Shown: piece after piece, positions 57,734 through 64,000 of the stretch
Layout of the letters: each line of letters begins with the position of its first letter
How positions within the stretch are numbered: position 1 is the first letter of the stretch
Sequence record: NC_014662.1
DNA length: 64,000 nucleotides
From: Enterobacter phage CC31
Reading direction: 5' to 3' (one strand)
Notes under the pieces: model-generated
Databases searched by the model: none
What the model was told of the DNA's origin: nothing
The model's input: the letters and a program-made list of their open reading frames with translations, nothing else
Translations under genes and position numbers: made by a program

Positions 57734-58140
57734 TTGAAGAATCCTTTAATTTTCTGCCACAGAGTTTTTGGTTCACGAATTCCCCAAACACGAAGTTCAG
57801 GTTCTTTAACTACTTCGTTAATCCACTCTTCAACTTCTTCAAGCTCTTTCTTTGCGATGACGACAGAACATGAATCAATGAAGCGAGCCAATGCCTGCAT
57901 GTAAGTTGCACAATCACCACAGTGACGACCTAAAGAACTGTGAACTGCATAACAACCTTTGTATTTACGTTCAATGCTACCAAGATGTGTTCCACGGAAC
58001 CAGACTTCCCATGCTTCGGTTGGTAAGTAGTGTTCATCTGTTACTCGTTCAGCACAACGCTGAAGTTCATTCAAAATCGCTGGACGGTTCATTGACTTTT
58101 TGACGCGGTCGATTTGAGCATTCAGGTTTTTCATGTTCAT
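57730..58140 (-). CDS. hypothetical protein (motA-downstream)
   Basis: 136-aa ORF with several Cys/His (CAERVTDEH, HCGDCATYM). Confidence 0.5.
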   Translation of the reverse strand: MNMKNLNAQIDRVKKSMNRPAILNELQRCAERVTDEHYLPTEAWEVWFRGTHLGSIERKYKGCYAVHSSLGRHCGDCATYMQALARFIDSCSVVIAKKELEEVEEWINEVVKEPELRVWGIREPKTLWQKIKGFFK

Positions 58141-58154
58141 CTTTAATTTCCTTA

Positions 58155-58799
58155 TTACAGAGTGTCAACAGCGTGGATGATGTTTTCAATGTTTTCCTGA
58201 GTACGTGGAATGTCCAGGTATACATTGCCATTTTTGGAATGTTTAGCAACCATTCCGAGGTCTTCGAAGTGTTTAACTTGTTCTTCAGTCATTTTGTAAC
58301 CAGAGATACGGAAGTTACCTTTGTTTGATACCTCGAAGCTGCGAATACCGAAAGTACGTTTTTCAAGTACCGCGATGAAGTTGCTACGATAAACATCCAG
58401 TTTTTTGATTGTGAACAGATTATCTTTAGTAGCCAGAATTTCCATCATCAGATTTTTGTCTGCTTCCATCTGGTCAGTAATCGGACGAGCTTTACGAGTG
58501 TTACGTTTTTCCAGAAGTTCTGGTGCATTTTCTTCTGCGTAGATAACTGCTGCCTGGTTGATGATTTCTTGACCTTCAGCAGATACAATCAGACCATCAC
58601 CTGATTTTTCAATCAGACCTTTCTTAATCAGAACACCGATGTTGCTGTTAACTGAAGCAGCTGAAAGTTTATCTGCCAGAACGTCACGAACTTCGGAAGA
58701 AGTGATGAAGTCTTTCTTAGCGACTACAATCAGAACGTTTGCAGCATTTTCAGAGATAGAGTTTTCAGAAGCTTTAACGATATAGATTACTTTAGACAT
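58155..58799 (-). CDS. motA: middle-promoter transcription activator MotA
   Basis: Start MSKVIYIVKAS; strong match to T4 MotA as recalled (NSNIGVLIKKGLIEKSGDGLI, YRSNFIAVLEKRT, KNGNVYLDI). Confidence 0.92.
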   Translation of the reverse strand: MSKVIYIVKASENSISENAANVLIVVAKKDFITSSEVRDVLADKLSAASVNSNIGVLIKKGLIEKSGDGLIVSAEGQEIINQAAVIYAEENAPELLEKRNTRKARPITDQMEADKNLMMEILATKDNLFTIKKLDVYRSNFIAVLEKRTFGIRSFEVSNKGNFRISGYKMTEEQVKHFEDLGMVAKHSKNGNVYLDIPRTQENIENIIHAVDTL

Positions 58800-58832
58800 T
58801 TTGTTTCTCCAGGTTCCGTATTTGTTTTGATG

Positions 58833-58867
58833 AGATAATAGTATCAAACTTTTAAGCCGATGTAAAC
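58833..58867 (-). promoter_or_regulatory. T4 early-promoter-like element upstream of motA
   Basis: CCGATGTAAACGGTTAG motif. Confidence 0.5.
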
Positions 58868-58908
58868 GGTTAGTTTAGCACCTTCCGAAAAAGATGCTAT
58901 CAAACAGC

Positions 58909-59199
58909 TTAGCCTCGGAAGAAGTCCGCGAAGAGCTTCTTGGCTTCGTTCAGAGTTTCTGCTACATCTTCAACTTCAGCGTCAAGCACTGCAACCATAT
59001 CATAGTTGTTGACGTACACCCAGACTAGCACGTAGTTTTCGCTTTCAGTGTTATACCAAATTGTCAGATAACTATTGCTATCAGTGTTTGATGAGTGTAA
59101 ACGGGCTGCATGCATCGTATCATCAAGGTCAACACCTGAGTTAGCCAGTAAAGCATTTAAGTTATTGATTAAAGTTTTCATATTTTCCTCATTTTGCAA
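58909..59199 (-). CDS. hypothetical acidic protein, paralog of adjacent ORF
   Basis: 96 aa; shares Y..Y...SE.Y.L..V.V......A......E...E....EA pattern with ORF 59189..59452. Confidence 0.5.
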   Translation of the reverse strand: MQNEENMKTLINNLNALLANSGVDLDDTMHAARLHSSNTDSNSYLTIWYNTESENYVLVWVYVNNYDMVAVLDAEVEDVAETLNEAKKLFADFFRG

Positions 59200-59452
59200 C
59201 GTAAGCTTCTAAAACTTCTTCAAATGTACCTTCAAGTTCAGGGCATCCCACGAAATCAGCTTCCATCGTTTCCAAATCTACCAGAACTTCAGTTAAAATA
59301 TATTGACTTTCATTGTGGTCATAAACCATAACCCAGTAGCGTGCTTGTGTGTCTTTATCAATTGACATTCTGTTGAATTTAACATAAGCGAAATCAGAAG
59401 TTTCTGTGATAACACCACCATTTTTTAAAGCAGCTACGATAATTGAAATCAT
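59189..59452 (-). CDS. hypothetical acidic protein, paralog of adjacent ORF
   Basis: 87 aa; see paralog. Confidence 0.5.
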   Translation of the reverse strand: MISIIVAALKNGGVITETSDFAYVKFNRMSIDKDTQARYWVMVYDHNESQYILTEVLVDLETMEADFVGCPELEGTFEEVLEAYVAK

Positions 59453-59482
59453 TTTTGTTTTACTCCGTTTGTTTTTGATAGA

Positions 59483-59514
59483 GCTATAATACCATAAGCA
59501 AACGACGATGTAAA
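59483..59514 (-). promoter_or_regulatory. T4 early-promoter-like element
   Basis: GACGATGTAAACGGTTG with GCTATAATACC -10 region. Confidence 0.5.
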
Positions 59515-59639
59515 CGGTTGATTGAAAGAATTTTTAAAGTTAACCAGAACGGTTGAGGGAATGTGGGTAGAAAGGATGATTAATTATATGGACTCGGCTC
59601 TAGAATTCACTAGAGCCGTGTAGAGTGATACAGAAGCTC

Positions 59640-61022
59640 TTACAGAGCCTCCAAGTCCTTCATATACTCAGTTTCCGGAGTAGTTTCTTGCCAGTATTTC
59701 AATTCAGCTTTCAAGTCTTTAGCCTGTTGAGCCAGTTTCTTGGCTTCATCACTTGTGATGTGATAGATGTTCATTGAAACCAACTTATCTGCAAATGGAG
59801 CATACGTTGGACGAGATTCAAGTTCAGAAGTCAGTTGCTTACGAGTTTTGCCTTGAATGACAATACTACCTTCAATAACTTCTTTGATGAACATTGCTTT
59901 TGCCAAAGCAAGTTTGAACGCTTCATCGCATTCTTTGATTTTGTGTTCAATTCGTTTAACAATATAAGTCTTACGAACTTCCACAAAGTGTTTGATGAGC
60001 TCAGAAGAACTTTGGAACTTATCGTTCAACTTTCCGTTTTCATCAATGACTACGATGAACTGAGACATCTTCTCAACCAGTTTGAAGTCACGCATGATTT
60101 TCTCATGGCGATACTTTTCGTCGCATTCACCAAGCATATAGTCTTTTTTGAACTTAACTTTAAAACCAAAACCGGTTTTAGAACAATCATCGACATAAGA
60201 GATGAAGTTCTTATCTACCATTGGTTCAAGCACTTTTTCTACATAAGTTTCGCGGTCAAACTTAGCTGGAATCTCACTGATGTACATCTGAGACGCAGAA
60301 GTGAACTTGTAAAGACCACGACATTCAATTGACCCATCTTCAAGACGAACTACTTCACCGCGGAATTGAGGAATCTGAACTTCTGGTTCTTTATCCAGCT
60401 TTCCTTGAAGAGCCAATTTAGTGCATTCAACTACTGATTCAAAACTATGTGGAAGAATCTTAGTAGCATAACCAGTTGCAATTCCCTGTACACCGTTCAA
60501 AAGAACAGTTGGAATAATTGGAAGATAAAATGCCGGCGGAACGTGTTCTTTGTCTTTATGCTCAGGAGCAATTTCAGTATCTTTGTAGACCTTACGGAAA
60601 TTGTCAGAAATACGACAGAAGATATAACGAGATGCTGCCGCTTTTTGCACCAATCGTGAACCGAAGTTACCTTGACCATCCAGAAGAGGATAGTTGTTGT
60701 TCCAAGTGTTTGCCATCAATGCACCAGCATCTTGTGCCGAACCTTCACCATGGTGATAACCAAGGTCAGCAACACCGCCAGCAACAGAAGCAAGTTTATG
60801 GAATTTTTCTTTATTACCACGAGACAAATCTAGTGCACGAGCAATAACAAATCGCTGAACCGGTTTGAAGCCATCAATTAAGTTAGGAATCGCACGGTTT
60901 TCTACTGTGTAGATTGCGAATTCTTTAGCTTCATTATCAATGATACTCTGAAGGTCTCTCAAATTGAGCTGACCTATTGAGTCATCAACTTGTTTAGCCA
61001 TCATGTCAAAAATAGTTGTCAT
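59640..61022 (-). CDS. 52: DNA topoisomerase II medium subunit gp52
   Basis: Strong match to T4 gp52 as recalled (YTVENRAIPNLIDGFKPVQRFVIARALDL, GGVADLGYHHGEGSAQDAGALMANTWNNNYPLLDGQGNFGSR); exact start codon uncertain (61022, 61004 or 61001). Confidence 0.92.
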   Translation of the reverse strand: MTTIFDMMAKQVDDSIGQLNLRDLQSIIDNEAKEFAIYTVENRAIPNLIDGFKPVQRFVIARALDLSRGNKEKFHKLASVAGGVADLGYHHGEGSAQDAGALMANTWNNNYPLLDGQGNFGSRLVQKAAASRYIFCRISDNFRKVYKDTEIAPEHKDKEHVPPAFYLPIIPTVLLNGVQGIATGYATKILPHSFESVVECTKLALQGKLDKEPEVQIPQFRGEVVRLEDGSIECRGLYKFTSASQMYISEIPAKFDRETYVEKVLEPMVDKNFISYVDDCSKTGFGFKVKFKKDYMLGECDEKYRHEKIMRDFKLVEKMSQFIVVIDENGKLNDKFQSSSELIKHFVEVRKTYIVKRIEHKIKECDEAFKLALAKAMFIKEVIEGSIVIQGKTRKQLTSELESRPTYAPFADKLVSMNIYHITSDEAKKLAQQAKDLKAELKYWQETTPETEYMKDLEAL

Positions 61023-61028
61023 ATTACC

Positions 61029-61163
61029 CTACCAGATTAAATTACCGAGGTCCATCATAACACATGCAAGAAAAAGCATTATTTCATAAATAACATAACA
61101 GACTCCAACAAATCCAGCTGAAGCTATAATTAAAGCCAAAATAATACTTACAGTAAGTTTCAT
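61029..61163 (-). CDS. small hydrophobic membrane protein (about 44 aa)
   Basis: Internal Met start MKLTVSIILALIIASAGFVGV of ORF 61029..61322; position of T4 ac/stp-like small genes. Confidence 0.35.
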   Translation of the reverse strand: MKLTVSIILALIIASAGFVGVCYVIYEIMLFLACVMMDLGNLIW

Positions 61164-61342
61164 TTTGTTAGACCTGTGTAGTAGAACAAACGTTCTACAG
61201 CCAATGCGGCTACACCAAAGCACATGCTTCCAATGACTCTTGGTGGAGGGGTTAACCCCTCCCAAATAAAAATACCAGAGGCAATGAACAGCGGAGCCAT
61301 AAGCAAGAACACCAAAGCCCAAATCTGTTTGAATGGACTCAT
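61160..61342 (-). CDS. small hydrophobic membrane protein (about 60 aa)
   Basis: Internal Met start MSPFKQIWALVFLLMAPLFIASGIF of ORF 61160..61378. Confidence 0.35.
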   Translation of the reverse strand: MSPFKQIWALVFLLMAPLFIASGIFIWEGLTPPPRVIGSMCFGVAALAVERLFYYTGLTK

Positions 61343-61343
61343 A

Positions 61344-61790
61344 TTAATATGCCTGCAGAATAAATTTGAAGTTATCATTCAGCATACGATTCATTTCTTC
61401 AAGGTTCTGGTAAGAATCGTTGTGTTTACGGGTGAATGCCAGAGCCAATTGGCCTTTACCAAAGCCAGTAGTCAGAGGTTTCATTTTGTCAGCTGGAATG
61501 AAATACACATCATAGATGACGTTGTTTGAACGCATGGTGCGACCGAGCTGAGAACGGCCTTGACGAATCTGAGACAGAACATTCATGAAACCGGACTTAG
61601 AACGTTGACGACCAACGTAGAATCGTGCTGCTACTGCACGCCAAGCTGATGCACCTTTTACCATGAAGTAGAAGCCTGGTTCAGCCAGAACAGATGGGTC
61701 AACATATCCTACAGTTTCGCCATTTTTCACAGAAACAACATGAGTACCGCCAGCTGCCAGAATATCACCACGAGTCATATAATCACGCAT
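61344..61790 (-). CDS. ndd: nucleoid disruption protein Ndd
   Basis: Matches T4 Ndd as recalled ([52 protein letters not shown]). Confidence 0.9.
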   Translation of the reverse strand: MRDYMTRGDILAAGGTHVVSVKNGETVGYVDPSVLAEPGFYFMVKGASAWRAVAARFYVGRQRSKSGFMNVLSQIRQGRSQLGRTMRSNNVIYDVYFIPADKMKPLTTGFGKGQLALAFTRKHNDSYQNLEEMNRMLNDNFKFILQAY

Positions 61791-61827
61791 ATCATTTTCC
61801 TCAATCAATTAAAAGTTTATCCTCAAC

Positions 61828-61841
61828 GGGCCCGAAGGCCC
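61828..61841 (-). terminator. hairpin GGGCC-CGAA-GGCCC
   Basis: Read directly. Confidence 0.45.
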
Positions 61842-61845
61842 TGAA

Positions 61846-62052
61846 TTAAAGCCCGGAGCTTTGCTGAGCACCGTTCATCAGAACTTCTACAGCACCTTTC
61901 AAACCTTCAGTTTGAATGACGTTAACAATTTCAACAGTCGCCCAAATGCTAAAACCGATTCCAACAAAAACCATAATAGCTATTATGGAAAAGAAAATCC
62001 AAAAAATCTTTTGCATTTTATTCATGCTAGAACTATAAACTTTGCGACCCAT
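61846..62052 (-). CDS. small membrane protein
   Basis: 68-aa ORF with one hydrophobic helix (IFWIFFSIIAIMVFVGIGFSIWA). Confidence 0.45.
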   Translation of the reverse strand: MGRKVYSSSMNKMQKIFWIFFSIIAIMVFVGIGFSIWATVEIVNVIQTEGLKGAVEVLMNGAQQSSGL

Positions 62053-62069
62053 AATATTTTCCTCAGAAG

Positions 62070-62183
62070 TTAATCCATGCCATTACAACATCATGTGCTA
62101 AGGCGAATGCGAAAGCTCCAAAGAGCACCATCAGAAGAGTTAAAGTCCAGATGGCTTTGAGAATCTTTTTGATGATGTTCATT
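62070..62183 (-). CDS. small membrane peptide (about 37 aa, below ORF-track cutoff)
   Basis: Hand translation MNIIKKILKAIWTLTLLMVLFGAFAFALAHDVVMAWI; early-promoter-like motif upstream. Confidence 0.3.
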
Positions 62184-62209
62184 TGTTTCTCCGTTAGTTG
62201 ATTTCTAGT

Positions 62210-62241
62210 CTATAGTATACCATCTAACGGAGGATGTAAAC
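62210..62241 (-). promoter_or_regulatory. T4 early-promoter-like element
   Basis: GGAGGATGTAAACGGTTGAG with CTATAGTATACC -10 region. Confidence 0.5.
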
Positions 62242-62248
62242 GGTTGAG

Positions 62249-62806
62249 TTAAAGATTTAGATACCAACCTTGGTAGTTGCTCTTGCGAACCACTGACTTG
62301 AGGTCTTCATGGTCACCAGCGAACTTTAGGGTAAACTGGTAAACACTAGGCCCACTTTCTACCACATCTAATATGATAATACAGTCTGCTATCCTGTGTG
62401 TCAAGAAGGGTCCTAGGTTTATCCCTGAGCCACCGGGATAGTCACCCGAGTAACCAGTTGTAACTGAAATCCACTTTGAATCTGACTGGTGAGTTTTGAC
62501 CTCGACCCGGAGTCCACAGAATCGAGGATGAGCAAGAACATCCCACGCGTATGTGTAAGGGTCGTCATGATTTTCTTGACCGCCTGCAACATAGCCGTCC
62601 ATCCAATCAGCTACTGCTTTTTCAGCTAACTGAGCAATTGCACAACGATTGATTACTTCAGTTTTATCTTGGTCCGGGTCTTGGCGCAGAGAATAAGCGG
62701 CAGTGCTTTTAATTTTGACCCTATCTTCTGGAGTTAAATCACTGAACGCCCGGGTAAAAGTCTTCAGGGCTTTCAATCTCAACAGGCCTGGATTCGTCTT
62801 TTCCAT
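62249..62806 (-). CDS. hypothetical protein (185 aa from ATG at 62806; size and position compatible with T4 denB, unverified)
   Basis: AGGA SD before ATG at 62806; 185 aa equals the T4 DenB length as recalled; no motif confirmation. Confidence 0.4.
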   Translation of the reverse strand: MEKTNPGLLRLKALKTFTRAFSDLTPEDRVKIKSTAAYSLRQDPDQDKTEVINRCAIAQLAEKAVADWMDGYVAGGQENHDDPYTYAWDVLAHPRFCGLRVEVKTHQSDSKWISVTTGYSGDYPGGSGINLGPFLTHRIADCIIILDVVESGPSVYQFTLKFAGDHEDLKSVVRKSNYQGWYLNL

Positions 62807-63029
62807 AAATTCCTCTGATATGTAGTTCACCAAAATAAATGCGGTCATCTTCTTCAAGATATTCTGCATCAGCAGGAGGGATTTCATTCACCACTTCATC
62901 ACAGTGTAACCAAGCATAATGAACATCTCCTGGATGTTTGACCAGTTTTCTGCAATATACTGATTTTGCATAATGGTCTCCACGAAGATTAACAACAGCT
63001 GAATCACTTACGTTGAATGGATTAATCAT
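62739..63029 (-). CDS. hypothetical protein
   Basis: GAGGA SD before ATG at 63029; overlaps the next ORF by 68 nt. Confidence 0.4.
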   Translation of the reverse strand: MINPFNVSDSAVVNLRGDHYAKSVYCRKLVKHPGDVHYAWLHCDEVVNEIPPADAEYLEEDDRIYFGELHIRGIYGKDESRPVEIESPEDFYPGVQ

Positions 63030-63048
63030 GACAGCTTCCTCAAAAAGA

Positions 63049-63064
63049 AAGGGCCCGAAGGCCC
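63049..63064 (-). terminator. hairpin AGGGCC-CGAA-GGCCCT downstream of rIIB
   Basis: Read directly. Confidence 0.5.
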
Positions 63065-63069
63065 TTAGA

Positions 63070-63981
63070 TTAGATATAACAATCAGTTTCTTGGTTGTAT
63101 TCCGCTTCACGGATTACTTTGTACTGGCAAGTACGCATTTTAGCGTTGTTGTAATCTACCGGGATAGATACTACATCTCGTGGATGTACTTTAACAACTA
63201 CCAGACGGTCATTACCACCGCGGAAGTGTTTGATGTAACTGCGAGCACAAACGTGCAGACCAGCTTCGCAGGTGCGATTTTCATCTTCAACTACATGAGT
63301 ACGAGGCATTTTAACTACTCGACCGATTGAGTTATCGAAGCGACCGGTATAGCAGTCAGTGTAATCGTTACGAATAACTTTCCATGCCAGGAAGTGTCCA
63401 TCTTCAGTGATTTCGATGTCGTTAGCCTGCAGGAAGTCAAACAGACGAGTCACAGCAGTTTTACTTGGGTTTTCCAGCAGATTTTCCAGGAATGGCAGAT
63501 AGAATTCAAAATCTTCACCATTCTGCATATCGTTAATGATACGGTCTACAAGGCCAGATTTGATTTCAATGTCCTGATAGAACAACTGACCATTTTCAAT
63601 GCGAATGTTACCATCAACATAAGAAGTGATTGCCTTCTCAATGTTAATCAGATTAATCGCAGATTCAAAATCACCATCAACACAGAACTGAAGAGCTTCT
63701 TTAAAGTTTGGATGGTCTTTATCAGCAGCGTAAGTATCACGGCCTACTGTGATAGACAGGAACTTAGAAGAACCAGCCCATACAACATCTTCTGGATTGA
63801 AGACTTTAACTGGCGAAGTCACTTTAACTTCCGGTTCAACTTCCGCTTTACGGCTTTTAATTTCATTAACAACACGACGAATAGTATCAACAGAACAAGA
63901 ATAAATTTCTGCTAATTCGGTTTGAGTATAGCCCTGCATGAATTCATCATGAATGGCTACTTTTTCTACATCATTAAACAT
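63070..63981 (-). CDS. rIIB: rIIB membrane-associated protein
   Basis: 303 aa (T4 about 312 aa); N-terminal HTH (YTQTELAEIYSCSVDTIRRVV) and conserved blocks (FEFYLPFLENLLENPSKTAVTRLFDFLQANDIEITEDG, VKVHPRDVVSIPVDYNNAKMRTCQY). Confidence 0.85.
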   Translation of the reverse strand: MFNDVEKVAIHDEFMQGYTQTELAEIYSCSVDTIRRVVNEIKSRKAEVEPEVKVTSPVKVFNPEDVVWAGSSKFLSITVGRDTYAADKDHPNFKEALQFCVDGDFESAINLINIEKAITSYVDGNIRIENGQLFYQDIEIKSGLVDRIINDMQNGEDFEFYLPFLENLLENPSKTAVTRLFDFLQANDIEITEDGHFLAWKVIRNDYTDCYTGRFDNSIGRVVKMPRTHVVEDENRTCEAGLHVCARSYIKHFRGGNDRLVVVKVHPRDVVSIPVDYNNAKMRTCQYKVIREAEYNQETDCYI

Positions 63982-64000
63982 TTTAACAACAGAGACTTTC

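Noticed and set aside
59585-59615. Perfect palindrome GGCTCTAGAATTCACTAGAGCC downstream of gene 52 as a possible regulatory site
   Set aside because: A single hairpin without T-run and without repeats; consists of overlapping XbaI/EcoRI-like sites and could equally be a simple mRNA 3' stem; insufficient evidence for more
59835-60847. Plus-strand ORFs (165 aa and 109 aa) inside gene 52, and similar antisense ORFs within nrdA, gp34, gp32 and alt
   Set aside because: Antisense to strongly supported conserved genes; no promoters or SD; AT-rich codon bias produces long antisense frames
1-64000. tRNA genes, integrase/lysogeny module, transposase or IS elements
   Set aside because: No cloverleaf-compatible sequences, recombinase motifs or terminal inverted repeats noticed; gene content is that of a strictly lytic T4-like phage (the T4 tRNA cluster lies in a different genome region)

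Overview
This window is a contiguous segment of a T4-like (Tevenvirinae) myovirus genome, diverged from T4 itself (gp23 is similar but not identical to T4 gp23 as I recall it). Gene order is T4-syntenic: 22(3' end)-23-24 | rnlB-hoc-inh (minus) | uvsW-uvsW.1 | uvsY (minus) | baseplate genes 25-26 (minus) and 51-27-28-29-48-54 (plus) | alt-30(ligase)-30.x-rIII-31-cd-pseT-spanins-rnlA-denA-nrdB-nrdA-td-frd-frd.x-32-59-33-dsbA-rnh (all minus) | tail-fibre genes 34-35-36-37-38 and holin t (plus) | asiA-motA-52-ndd-rIIB (minus). I found no tRNA, CRISPR, integrase or transposon. Regulatory signals are readable directly: T4 late promoters (TATAAATA), a conserved early-promoter-like motif family on the minus strand (GTTTAC -35 inside ...CTAACCGTTTACATC..., about 17 nt from a TATAGT/TATAAT-like -10), and many GC-rich tetraloop hairpins (GGGCCCGAAGGCCC type) at gene ends. 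Main second-look items: (1) td is fused in frame to the next small ORF by an A6 run where A5 would give a normal thymidylate synthase C-terminus; (2) hoc is split by a single-base frameshift; (3) a DprA/SLOG-like Rossmann protein is translationally coupled to RNA ligase 2; (4) two pairs of tandem paralogous small genes (td-frd junction; motA-52 interval); (5) blocks of unassigned early genes between pseT and the spanins and between asiA and motA; (6) a palindrome-containing 21-bp direct repeat downstream of gene 32. All product calls rest on recalled T4 homology and motifs, not on database searches. I did not identify a single clearly novel multi-gene system; the candidates above are the places to look.
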